A DNA stretch of 64,000 bases from an uncultured Trueperaceae bacterium (GTDB taxonomy: Bacteria > Deinococcota > Deinococci > Deinococcales > Trueperaceae), in the NCBI GenBank assembly GCA_963727505.1, contig CAVSGP010000009.1, positions 192,001 through 256,000 of the forward strand, read 5' to 3'. This document shows positions 23,175 through 32,095 of the stretch, piece after piece. The stretch's first letter is position 1. Each line of letters starts with the position of its first letter. The notes beneath the pieces were generated by a model. The model had not been told where the DNA came from and searched no databases. It saw only the letters and a list, made by a program, of their open reading frames with translations. The position numbers and the translations under genes were made by a program.

Positions 23175-24035
23175 TCAGCGGACGGACAGCGGCCTGCGGG
23201 CCAGCACCCCCACGTTGCCGCGCGCTCTGGTAGCGGATCTCGTACGCCCCGGGATCCGTGGGTACGTCGATGGTGAGCGGCCACCCCGCCGAGGTGTAGG
23301 TGTACGTTCCGGACGCCCCCTCGGACGCCTCGCCCGGCACGATGATCACGTAGTCTTTCGGGCCGTTCGGGCCGGTCCAGACGACGTGGAAGACGCTGCC
23401 GACGAAGACGGCGTCGTCGATGACCTTCAGCGTGGCCGGGTTGGGGGTGACGGTCAGGGTGCGGCGGGCCGCGACGGTGCCGGCGCTCAGGTAGCGCAGT
23501 TCGAGCGTGCCGGCGTCCAGTGGGGCGACGGCGCCGAGATGCTCGACGCCCTCCACGTAGCCGATGAAATGCCCTCGGGCGTGGTCCAGGACACCGGGTT
23601 GCGCCGTGACGACGACGTCGCCGGCCACGGGCTCACCCTTCCACGTCACCGCGTACTCGGCGTTGACGAAGGTCGCCGGGCCGGAGAGGTGTTGGCCGCT
23701 TTGGGGGCGAGATCGAACCCGATGACGCGCAGCTCGACGGCGGGCTGCATCGCCCCGAGTTTCGCCAGCGCGGCCGTCAGGTCGCCACCGCAGGACTCCT
23801 CCCCGTCGGTGACGAGGACGATCATGCGCTGTCCCGACCCGGCGCTGAAGTCGCCGACCGCGGCCAGCAGAGAGCCGACGATCGGCGTCGCTCCCCTGGC
23901 CTTGACGGTGCCTACGCTGGTCTGCAGGCTTGCCTCGTCCACACCCGAAAGCGGCACGAAGAGCTTCGTCTCGTCGCACGCGCCGGGTGCCAGGGTGTCC
24001 ACGGTGGAGCCGTAGATTCTCAGGCCGACGTCCGT
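23175..24035 (-). pseudogene. Truncated, frameshifted VWA-domain protein with C-terminal beta-sandwich repeats
   Basis: One frame gives VGLRIYG..GATPI..IVLVTDGEESCGGD..VIGFDL; another gives VVWTGPNGPKDYVIIV..PGAYEIRY; frameshift near 23690; N-terminal MIDAS missing. Confidence 0.75.
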
Positions 24036-24073
24036 CGCTCTAGCGCGCCGGCACCCTGGGGTAGCATGACGGC

Positions 24074-24685
24074 ATGCTAGCGCACGCCTTTGGTGGAGGC
24101 TGGATCGAGCTGATCGTCGGCCCCATGTTCAGCGGTAAGTCCGAGGAGCTCATCCGGCGCGTCAACCGCGCGCTCATCGCCAGGCAACGGGTCCAGGTGT
24201 TCAAGCCCGCGATCGACGATCGTTACGTGCCGGAGGCGGTTGCCTCGCACGACGGTCGCTCCCTGAAGGCGATCCCGGTCGACGACACCGCCGGCGTCCG
24301 GCATTTGCTCGCCGACGAGACGCAGGTGGTGGCGGTGGACGAGGGCCAGTTCTTCGACGACGCGCTGGTGGGGCTGGCGCTCGAGCTCGCCGATGCCGGC
24401 AAGCGCGTCATCGTGGCCGGGCTCGACCTCGACTTCCGGGCAGAGCCGTTCGGCCCCATGCCTACCCTGCTGGCGCAGGCCGAGGTGGTGGAGAAGCTGA
24501 CGGCGATCTGCTCGTGCGGACGCGCCGCGACGCGCACGCAGCGTCTCATCGGCGGGCGCCCGGCCCACTACGACGATCCGGTCATCCTGGTGGGGGCGTC
24601 GGAGCGATACGAACCGCGCTGCCGCAGCTGCCACGTCGTTCTCAAGGAAGCGCGCGACACCCCGCTGTTCGACCTGGCATCGTAG
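24074..24685 (+). CDS. tdk: Thymidine kinase
   Basis: [12 protein letters not shown]-loop, [26 protein letters not shown] Zn site; TAGCAT-N6-ATG. Confidence 0.96.
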   Translation: MLAHAFGGGWIELIVGPMFSGKSEELIRRVNRALIARQRVQVFKPAIDDRYVPEAVASHDGRSLKAIPVDDTAGVRHLLADETQVVAVDEGQFFDDALVGLALELADAGKRVIVAGLDLDFRAEPFGPMPTLLAQAEVVEKLTAICSCGRAATRTQRLIGGRPAHYDDPVILVGASERYEPRCRSCHVVLKEARDTPLFDLAS

Positions 24686-24688
24686 CGC

Positions 24689-25981
24689 TCAGGGCTGGAT
24701 GCGGCTGCCGTCGCGGGGGAAGGCGCGCGCGAAGCGGACGTTGGGGATGCCCAGCAGCAGGGCCGTGAGGCGCTCGGCGCCGGCCGCGAAGCCGCCGTGG
24801 GGCGGCATGCCGTGGCGGAACACGTCGAGGTAGCCGCGGAAGGCTTCCGGGTCCATGTGCCGCTTCTCCAGCTCTCCGAGCAGCATGGCGTGCTCGTGCA
24901 CGCGCTGCCCTCCGGAGGTGATCTCCACGCCGCGGAACAGCAGGTCGACGCCGCGCGTCAGCTCGCTGTCGGGCTCGGGGTAGGTGTAGAAGGGGCGCGC
25001 CGCCTGCGGGAACTTGGTGACGAAGACGAAGTCGCTGCCGTGCTCCTCGCGCGCCCAGCGGCCCAGCAGGCGCTCGGCCTCGGGGTCGAGGTCCTTCCCC
25101 CCGGTGCGGTGACCGTAGCGCTCGGCCACGAGCTCGCGGGCCTCGAGGAGGGGGATGCGCGGGATGGCCGGGTCCAGCGGGGGCGCCGCCGCCTCCATGA
25201 GCTCGAGCTGGGGAGCGCAGCGCTCGGCCACGCGCGCCATCATCGCCTTGAACAGACCCTCCTGCAGGTCCATCACCTCTCCCTCGTCCCGGATGAAGCC
25301 GAACTCCACGTCGAGCGACAGGTACTCCGCCAGGTGCCGGGTGGTGTGGCTGGGTTCGGCGCGGAACACCGGGGCGACCTCGTAGACACGTTCGTACACC
25401 GCGACCATGATCTGCTTGTAGAGCTGCGGCGATTGCGCCAGGTAGGCGCGCTTGCCGTAGTAATCGACCTCGAAGAGGTTGGCGCCGCTCTCGGCGCCCG
25501 CCGCCACCAGCTTGGGGGTGAAGATCTCGGTGAAGTCGCGGGCATCGAGGTAGGCGCGGAAGGCGCTCACCAGCTCGGCCTGCACCTTCAGCGCCGCCTG
25601 CGCCTTGAGCCCGCGGACGGTCATGTGGCGGTACTCCAGGAGGGTCTCGGGGTTGGCGTGCCACTCCTCCTTGGAGATCTCCACCGGGGGCGGGGTCAAC
25701 GCGCGGCTCAAGACCTCGAGCTCGCTCGCTTGCACCTCCACGCCGCCGGGCGCACGGTCGTTGGCGACCACGCTGCCGCGCACGCGCACGCAGCTCTCGT
25801 GCAACGGGAGCTCGGTGTGCTTGAACACGCACTGCGCCAGGCCGCTCCGGTCGCGCAGCAGCAGGAACTGGATGCCGCCCAGATCACGTCGGTTGTGCAC
25901 CCAGCCCTGCAGGGTCACGGTCTCGCCCACCTGGGTCGGCAGCGCGCGTGTGAGCGTACGCTCGTCGGTCAAGGTCTCCAT
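24689..25981 (-). CDS. aspS: Non-discriminating (archaeal-type) aspartate--tRNA(Asp/Asn) ligase
   Basis: ~430 aa, no GAD insert; GWVHNRRDLGGIQFLLLRD, YLAQSPQLYKQ, FRAEPSHTTRHL.EY, EITSGGQR, GMPPHGGF. Confidence 0.93.
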   Translation of the reverse strand: METLTDERTLTRALPTQVGETVTLQGWVHNRRDLGGIQFLLLRDRSGLAQCVFKHTELPLHESCVRVRGSVVANDRAPGGVEVQASELEVLSRALTPPPVEISKEEWHANPETLLEYRHMTVRGLKAQAALKVQAELVSAFRAYLDARDFTEIFTPKLVAAGAESGANLFEVDYYGKRAYLAQSPQLYKQIMVAVYERVYEVAPVFRAEPSHTTRHLAEYLSLDVEFGFIRDEGEVMDLQEGLFKAMMARVAERCAPQLELMEAAAPPLDPAIPRIPLLEARELVAERYGHRTGGKDLDPEAERLLGRWAREEHGSDFVFVTKFPQAARPFYTYPEPDSELTRGVDLLFRGVEITSGGQRVHEHAMLLGELEKRHMDPEAFRGYLDVFRHGMPPHGGFAAGAERLTALLLGIPNVRFARAFPRDGSRIQP

Positions 25982-25994
25982 CCTACGCTCCTCC

Positions 25995-26027
25995 AAGAAA
26001 AACACCCCGAGGGGAACCTCGGGGTGT
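25995..26027 (-). terminator. Intrinsic attenuator terminator in the aspS leader
   Basis: mRNA acaccccgagg-ttcc-cctcggggtgt then ttttctt, just before the aspS RBS GGAGGAG. Confidence 0.85.
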
Positions 26028-26047
26028 CCAATGGGCCGAACCGCGGC

Positions 26048-26110
26048 CTACGCCCCGAGCCACCTCGCGGGGGAATTGTCGTCAACCAGAAGGTTCCGGG
26101 GCGCACACAT
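26048..26110 (-). CDS. Putative aspS leader peptide MCAPRNLLVDDNSPARWLGA (20 aa)
   Basis: ATG ~10 nt after -10 TAGATT; AAC and GAC GAC AAT codons; stop lies in the antiterminator strand. Confidence 0.7.
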   Translation of the reverse strand: MCAPRNLLVDDNSPARWLGA

Positions 26111-26120
26111 CTTGGGCGGT

Positions 26121-26149
26121 AATCTAGCAGGCGTCCGCGGGCGTGTCAA
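26121..26149 (-). promoter_or_regulatory. Sigma70 promoter of the aspS leader
   Basis: TTGACA-17 nt-TAGATT on the minus strand. Confidence 0.85.
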
Positions 26150-26208
26150 CGGTGGGAGCGTCGGGACGCGCCGGCCCGGCTGCGGACGGCCGCGCCTGGG
26201 ATGAAGCG

Positions 26209-26598
26209 TTAGCCCAGCATCGCGCGCAGCAGCGCCACGTGCTCGCGGTCCTGGGGCCGGTCGAGGCGCTCCTTGAAAGCGAGCAGCGAACGCAGGTCGA
26301 CGCAGGGCCAGCCGTCCACCTGCTCGGCGGTGTCGATCAGGGCGTCGACGTCGTCACCCAGCCAGCCTCCCCAGATCTCGACCTCGGGCTCGGGTCGGAC
26401 CACCGGGTCGCGCAGCCCGCGCTCCGGCGCAGCCATCGTGCAGGCGACGCGCCAGGCTTCGCCTCGCGCCAGCACGTCGAGGTCGCGGGCCCCGCCGATC
26501 AACCCGCGGAGCAACAACGCGCCGCTACCGTGCACGACGTAGGCCCCTTCCGGGAGTGCCAGCGTCGCGAGCTTCGCGGCAGCCTCCTCGCGCGTCAT
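26209..26598 (-). CDS. Small hypothetical protein, nucleotidyltransferase-like
   Basis: YVVHGSGALLLRGL..ARDLDVL and K..LDRPQDREH pattern. Confidence 0.6.
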   Translation of the reverse strand: MTREEAAAKLATLALPEGAYVVHGSGALLLRGLIGGARDLDVLARGEAWRVACTMAAPERGLRDPVVRPEPEVEIWGGWLGDDVDALIDTAEQVDGWPCVDLRSLLAFKERLDRPQDREHVALLRAMLG

Positions 26599-26608
26599 CC
26601 GCGCGTCC

Positions 26609-27043
26609 TCAAGCGTCCGTCAGCGCGGCCGCCACGAACACAGCCCGTACCAGTGGAGCGAGCGTGCTGGTAGCCGCGAATTCATCGGGCGTCAACCAGG
26701 CGTGGGCATCGTGCTCGGCGGTGCGGACCACCTCGCCGGGCTCGGCGTCCGCGCGGTAGACCACCACCACCATGGGTTCACCGGCGCGACGCGCCTGATA
26801 GGCGGTGATGGGCCGGGAGCGCACCTGGACCTGCAGACCGCACTCCTCGCTGATCTCGCGCGCCACCGCCGCGGCGGGGTCCTCGCCCAGTTGCAGGCGG
26901 CCCGAGAGGGTCTCCCACAGCCCGGGCCCGGCGTCGCGCGTGGCGGAGCGGCGCATGGCCAGCACCCGGCCGTCGCGGAAGACCGCGGCGGCCACTGCGA
27001 CCACGAAGTGCTCGGTGATCTCGCCGTCGCTTCGTTGCCTCAC
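26609..27043 (-). CDS. NUDIX hydrolase
   Basis: GRLQLGEDPAAAVAREISEECGL Nudix box. Confidence 0.85.
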   Translation of the reverse strand: MRQRSDGEITEHFVVAVAAAVFRDGRVLAMRRSATRDAGPGLWETLSGRLQLGEDPAAAVAREISEECGLQVQVRSRPITAYQARRAGEPMVVVVYRADAEPGEVVRTAEHDAHAWLTPDEFAATSTLAPLVRAVFVAAALTDA

Positions 27044-27216
27044 CGCTGCCTCCCTTCCCGTGCCTCGCTCCCCAGGCTAGCCCCTCAGGGCGCTCGACGA
27101 AACGTGCGCCGCGCCGCTTGACGGTCATGCACCAACCTCCTAGACTTCCCCGAACCGCTCTGCGCTGGTCCGTCGAGCGGGCTCTCCACGGGGACGCCCC
27201 CCGGGAAGGACCGATC

Positions 27217-27516
27217 ATGGTCAAGAAGCAGTTCGTGAAGACGCGCAACATCACGAAGGTGACCTTCGAGGTCGACGCCAACGTCGCGGCCGACGAAGTC
27301 CAGCTCATCGCCGATTTCACCCAGTGGCATCCCGTTGCCTTCGGTCGCCTCAAGAACGGGCGGTGGAAGCTCGTGCAGGAGATCGAACCTGGCCATAGCT
27401 ACCAGTACCGCTACCGTCTGGTCAAGAACGGCGCCGTCCTGTATCGCAACGAAGAGAGCGCCGACGGGCTCGTCGGGAACACGCTCGGTACCGAGAACGC
27501 GGTTCTGAAGGTCTGA
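27217..27516 (+). CDS. Stand-alone isoamylase early-set / CBM48-like protein
   Basis: MVKKQFVK..KVTF, LIADFTQW, KNGRWK, YQYRY, AD..VGN..GTENAVL; RBS GAAGGA. Confidence 0.8.
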   Translation: MVKKQFVKTRNITKVTFEVDANVAADEVQLIADFTQWHPVAFGRLKNGRWKLVQEIEPGHSYQYRYRLVKNGAVLYRNEESADGLVGNTLGTENAVLKV

Positions 27517-27541
27517 GCCCCCGCTCGCGCGCCCCGCGCGT

Positions 27542-28750
27542 TCAGATGTCGACGGCCTCGGCCGCCTCCACTCCGACGCGGTCCAGGGCACGCAGCACGT
27601 CCTCGAGCAGGTCGTCGCCGTCCTCGATGCCGATCGACAGGCGCACCAGCCCGTCGCCGATGCCCTGCCGTGCGCGCACGTCGGGGTCCAGCAGTTGGTG
27701 GGTGGTGCTGGCCGGGTGGGTCGCCAGGGATTCGACGTCGCCCAGCGAAACGGCCTGGGCGAAGAGGGTGAGCTCGTCCAGGAAGAGTTCCGCGGCGCGC
27801 GCGCCGCCGCGCAGCTCGAGCGCCAGCATGCCGCCGAAGCGCGCCATCTGACGGGCGGCCAGCGCGTGGCCTGGGTGATCCTCGAAGCCGGGGAAGTGTA
27901 CGGCGGCCACCGCGGGATGGCTGCGCACACCGTGCGCGACCTTCTCGGCGTTGTCGCAGTGGCGCTCCATGCGCACCGCCAGCGTCTTGCAGCCGCGGAG
28001 GAGCAGGAAGCTCTCGAACGCCCCGAGAACGGAGCCGACATGGCGCAGGCCGTGGCTACGCAACTCCGCCATCAGCTCCGTCGGGCCCGCCACCACCCCG
28101 GCGACCAGGTCGCCGTGCCCACCGAGGTACTTGGTGGCCGAGTGGACCACCACGTCGATGCCGTGTTCGATCGGGCGCGTCAGGTAGGGGGTGCTGAAGG
28201 TGTTGTCGGCCACGGTGAGGATCCCCTTGCCGCGCGCCATGGCGGACACGTGGCCGAGATCGTGCAGCCCGAGGGTGGGATTGGTGGGGGTCTCGAGGTA
28301 GATCATGCGCGTCGAGGAGCCGATGGCTTCGGGAAGCTCGGCGTCGTCCACGTACCGGTGGTGCACGCCGTAGGGCTCCAACACGTCGCGCAGCAGCCCC
28401 TCGGTGCCGCCGTAGAGCGGGCCGAGCGCCAGCACCTCGTCGCCCGGCCGGAGCACGGTGAGCAGCAGCGCGCTGATGGCCCCCATGCCGGACGCGAACG
28501 CGACGGCGTCCTCGGTGCCCTCGAGCGAGGCGAGCTTCTCCTCGAACGCGCGTGTGGTGGGGTTGCCGATGCGGCTGTAGACGTACCCCTCGGCTTCGCC
28601 CGCGAACAGGGCTGCGCCGTGGGCGTAGGTGCCGTAGCTGAAGGTGGAGGTCTGGTAGATGGGGGTCGCGTGGGCGCCGGTTCCGGGGTCGGGGTGCTGG
28701 CCCTGGTGGACCGCGCGTGTCGCGAAGCGATGACGCCGTTCACTGCTCAT
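27542..28750 (-). CDS. Methionine gamma-lyase / PLP trans-sulfuration enzyme
   Basis: PIYQTSTF, YSRIGNPT, FASGMGAI, ETPTNP, DNTF, HSATKYLGGHGD, AVSLGDVESL..HPASTTH. Confidence 0.9.
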   Translation of the reverse strand: MSSERRHRFATRAVHQGQHPDPGTGAHATPIYQTSTFSYGTYAHGAALFAGEAEGYVYSRIGNPTTRAFEEKLASLEGTEDAVAFASGMGAISALLLTVLRPGDEVLALGPLYGGTEGLLRDVLEPYGVHHRYVDDAELPEAIGSSTRMIYLETPTNPTLGLHDLGHVSAMARGKGILTVADNTFSTPYLTRPIEHGIDVVVHSATKYLGGHGDLVAGVVAGPTELMAELRSHGLRHVGSVLGAFESFLLLRGCKTLAVRMERHCDNAEKVAHGVRSHPAVAAVHFPGFEDHPGHALAARQMARFGGMLALELRGGARAAELFLDELTLFAQAVSLGDVESLATHPASTTHQLLDPDVRARQGIGDGLVRLSIGIEDGDDLLEDVLRALDRVGVEAAEAVDI

Positions 28751-28859
28751 GGATGCGCTCCTTGCCCCATTGAAGCAGATGGCGCGCGGGTGGCGCGGCG
28801 TTGTCCGGCGCCGTGCGACACCGATCCGCGGCGCCGGCCGGCGCCGGGTCGCGTGCCCG

Positions 28860-30572
28860 TCAGCGTGCTTCGAGCCAGAGGGTCTGGCGGGGTTCGAGCG
28901 CCAGCGCCTCGGACGGCTCGAGGGTCCCGCCCGCGAGAAGATCGCGACCGCGCCGCGGCCGCGCTGCCGCGGGCACGGCGACGGGGCGGTCGGACAGGTT
29001 GTGCAGACACCACACGCTCCGGCCCGCTGCTTCGCGCCGCACGCCGAACACGCCCGCTTCGGTCGGGAGGATCGCCTGCGCCGCCCGGGGCGCGAAGGCC
29101 GGATGAGTGCGCCGGACTTCCAGCAGCGTTCGTAGGGCCGCCAGGACCCGGGCACGGCGCCCTTGCGGGTCGGCGAGCTCGGTGCTGAGCCGGTCCAGTT
29201 CGAGCTTCTCGCGGTTGATGCTGCGCGCCCGGCCGGTGCGCGCGACCTCCTCGGGCGCACCGCTCGAGCCGAGCAGGCTGTGGGCGTACACCCCGGGAAC
29301 GCCGGCGAGCGCCAGCATGGCGGCGTGGACCGTAGCGAAGCGCTGCACGCTGGCAGCGAGCGCTTCGCCGGGGGGCGTGAGGGCGTCGAAGAGGTTGACG
29401 TTGAGCTCGTAGGGCCGTTCCCCGCTCGCCGTCGCGCGGCTCGACACGCGCCCCCCACGCTCCTGCACCGCGGTGACCATCGCATCCAGCGCGGTGTCGT
29501 CGAGGATCCCCTCCACGGCGCGGAGGCCGATGCCGTCGTGCGAGGCCAGGAAGTTGAAGAAGCAGGTTGCTTCGGAGGGGGTCGCGAGCCCGGCCGCCCA
29601 GCTCCGCAGCGTCGCGGCGTCCCCGGACAGCACGCTGTGCAGCACGAGCGGCGGCAGCGCGAAGTTGTAGACCATCTGCGCCTCGTCGTGGCCGTCGCCG
29701 AAGTACCCGACGTTCTCGCGGTGAGGGACGTTCGTCTCGGTCAGCACCACGACCCAGGGGGCGGCCGCCTCCAGCAGGCCGCGCAAGACCTTGAGCACGG
29801 CGTGCGTCTGCGGGAGGCTGGCGCACGTCGTGCCCGGCTCCTTCCACAGGTAGGTGACGGCGTCGAGGCGGAGCAACCGCGCGCCGCGCGCCACGTAGTG
29901 CAGGAGCACCCTGGCGACCTCGAGGAGCACCTCCGGTGTGTGGTAGTCGAGGTCCACCTGGTCGGCGCTGAAGGTCGTCCAGAGGTCGTGGCGCAGCCCG
30001 CTTGCATCGTCGAAAGGGGTGGCCAGCGACGTCGTGCGGGGCCGCACCACGGTGCTCAGATCCATGTCCGGCGTGATCTCCAGGAAGAAGCCGGCGAACC
30101 GCGGATCGCCCGCGAGGAACCCCTGCAGGTAGGCGCTCCGAGCAGACACGTGGTTGATGACGGCGTCGAACATCAGCCGGTGGCTGCGCGCCAGGGCGGC
30201 GATCTCCTCCCAGCCGCCGTGTGCCGGGTCGACGGCGTCGTAGTCCACCACGCTGAAGCCATCGTCGGACGACGACGGGCAGAACGGTAACAGGTGCACG
30301 CCCGACACGGTTCCGGCGAGCGGCCCGTGCAGCAGTCGTCCCAGGGTGCGCAGAGGCGCCTCGCCGGCGGCGTGCACCTGATCGGGGTAGGAGATGAGGA
30401 GCACGTCGTCCTCGCTCAGGCGCGCTTCCGGAGGCGTCGCGCGACGCGGATGGGCGGCACGGAAGGCGTCGGCTTCGCCCTCGAGCAGCACGGCCAGGCC
30501 AGCCCCCCGCTCCTCGCCGTAGAGCGCGCGAAGATGGCGGTGCACGGCCGGCCCGAGCGCCACCGCACTCAT
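28860..30572 (-). CDS. GH13_18 sugar phosphorylase, probably glucosylglycerate phosphorylase (YcjM-like)
   Basis: SSSDDGFSVVDY, WTTFSADQVDL, RLDAV.YLWK, TETNVPH.EN, FLASHDGIG, PYELN. Confidence 0.85.
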   Translation of the reverse strand: MSAVALGPAVHRHLRALYGEERGAGLAVLLEGEADAFRAAHPRRATPPEARLSEDDVLLISYPDQVHAAGEAPLRTLGRLLHGPLAGTVSGVHLLPFCPSSSDDGFSVVDYDAVDPAHGGWEEIAALARSHRLMFDAVINHVSARSAYLQGFLAGDPRFAGFFLEITPDMDLSTVVRPRTTSLATPFDDASGLRHDLWTTFSADQVDLDYHTPEVLLEVARVLLHYVARGARLLRLDAVTYLWKEPGTTCASLPQTHAVLKVLRGLLEAAAPWVVVLTETNVPHRENVGYFGDGHDEAQMVYNFALPPLVLHSVLSGDAATLRSWAAGLATPSEATCFFNFLASHDGIGLRAVEGILDDTALDAMVTAVQERGGRVSSRATASGERPYELNVNLFDALTPPGEALAASVQRFATVHAAMLALAGVPGVYAHSLLGSSGAPEEVARTGRARSINREKLELDRLSTELADPQGRRARVLAALRTLLEVRRTHPAFAPRAAQAILPTEAGVFGVRREAAGRSVWCLHNLSDRPVAVPAAARPRRGRDLLAGGTLEPSEALALEPRQTLWLEAR

Positions 30573-31825
30573 GCCGCCACGCCCAGTCGCACCAGGGCCT
30601 CATCGACGATCCGTTGCAGGGTGTCGAGCCCGTAGTGGCGGCGCGCGAGCGCCAGATTGTGCTCGGTCATGGCCCGTACGGCGTCGCCGTTCTCGAGCAG
30701 CTCCCGCACCCGACGGACCGCGTCGGTGGTGACCTCGCCGTCGATCTCCACGAAGCGGAACCCCTTGGGTGCGATATCCGCGACGTAGACGGGGAAGCGG
30801 TTGACAAGGGCCGGGCGTCGGAACGCCACGGTCTCGAGAAGTGCGTTGCCGAAGCCCTCGTAGAGGCTGGGATAGGTCACGAAGTCGGCGTGCAGATAGG
30901 CATCGCCCAGGGCGTAACGCTTGCGTCCGTCCGGGCCGTTGCCGCGCGCGTCTCCGATCCGGTCCCCCAGCGTGCGCAGATCGACGCCGCGTTCGCGTGC
31001 GTAGCCGCACAGGCGGTCCAGATACGCGAGTCCCTCGTCGCCCGCGGCGTGGCTGATCAGCAGCACGTTGCGGGGATCGTCGAGCCCCGCCAGCAGGTCG
31101 ACCGCCAGCTCGATACCCTTGCGTGGCACCACCCGTGTCGGTTGCAGGAAGAGGCGCTGCTCCGGCTCCAGCCCGGCGGCCCGGCGGAAGTCGGCGCCGT
31201 AGGCGTCGACGCTCTCGGGCGAGGCGTCGAAGTCCATGACGTTGGGCAGGAGCAGGGCGTCGATGCCCCGCCTAGCCAGCAGCTCCCGCCGCGCGGGACC
31301 GTTGATGCTCAGGTGCACCACGCGCTCGCTGTGGTACGGGAAGTAGCGCTCGAGGAACGCCGGCACGCGGCACGCGGAGAAGCGCTCGCGCTCCCAGGCG
31401 TAGTCGTGCTCGTGCGACAGCACAGGGAGGCCGGTGTCTTCGACCAGCAGGGCGAGGGCTCGGGCCAGGGGGAGTTGCATGGGGATGGCCCAGGCGTTCT
31501 GGACGATCAGCAGCTCGGGTCGAACGTCGTACGCCACCGCCAGGAGTTGCTCCTCGAGCATGCGGGCCCGCTCTTCCAGGCGCTCGGGAAGCTCCGGGTC
31601 GGGTGGGCGCCCGCCGAAGGCGCGCTCGCCCAGCTCCACGGCAACGGCGTCCCGGAAATGCATCGCGGGAATGCAGAGCGCGCCGGGACGCTCGACCTCG
31701 CCGGCGCACTCGATCGTCTCGATCCCTCGCTCGGCCAGCGCCCCCGCCAGCTTGACGGCCTCCAGGCTGACGCCGTCGGTTCCGGACAGCCGGGTGGCGA
31801 GCATCAACGCGCGTCGCACGGACAC
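30569..31825 (-). CDS. GT4 glycosyltransferase, mannosylglucosylglycerate synthase (MggS)-like
   Basis: GTDGVSLE, HDYAWERERF, LQPTRVVPRKGIELA, YPSLYEGFGNALLE. Confidence 0.75.
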   Translation of the reverse strand: MSVRRALMLATRLSGTDGVSLEAVKLAGALAERGIETIECAGEVERPGALCIPAMHFRDAVAVELGERAFGGRPPDPELPERLEERARMLEEQLLAVAYDVRPELLIVQNAWAIPMQLPLARALALLVEDTGLPVLSHEHDYAWERERFSACRVPAFLERYFPYHSERVVHLSINGPARRELLARRGIDALLLPNVMDFDASPESVDAYGADFRRAAGLEPEQRLFLQPTRVVPRKGIELAVDLLAGLDDPRNVLLISHAAGDEGLAYLDRLCGYARERGVDLRTLGDRIGDARGNGPDGRKRYALGDAYLHADFVTYPSLYEGFGNALLETVAFRRPALVNRFPVYVADIAPKGFRFVEIDGEVTTDAVRRVRELLENGDAVRAMTEHNLALARRHYGLDTLQRIVDEALVRLGVAA

Positions 31826-31835
31826 CGCTCCCTCC

Positions 31836-32066
31836 TCATCGCCCCAACGGGAGCGGCTCGAGCATCTCCAGGCCCAGCCCCATCGCGACCAGGGCGGCAT
31901 CCCAGTTCCACTGGTGCGGAACCTGGTGGAGCCCGGGTTTGACGAGGTCGCCGACGTCGTTGGTGGTGAGGGTGAGGCGAGCGCCTTCCAGGAAGCCCTG
32001 GAACTTCTCGTCGGCCGAGAAGGGTCCGTCCAGCGTGGTCGGCTCCTTCACGCCGGTACTGTACAT
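31836..32066 (-). pseudogene. N-terminal fragment of a GH63/MGH1-like glucosyl/mannosylglycerate hydrolase
   Basis: L..ND.G..VKP..HQVPHQWNWDAALVAMGL, then a stop after only 76 aa. Confidence 0.7.
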
Positions 32067-32095
32067 CAGCCGCCCGTGGCAAAGGGTCGACCGTC

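Noticed and set aside
25982..26120. Canonical T-box riboswitch before aspS
   Set aside because: Leader is too short for stem I and lacks UGGNACC; the uORF-attenuator geometry fits better
27117..27125. Single CTTGACGG upstream of the CBM48 gene (also TTGACAG at 22360)
   Set aside because: No second repeat at 11 bp and no -10 at the conserved spacing, so not part of the BTAD regulon
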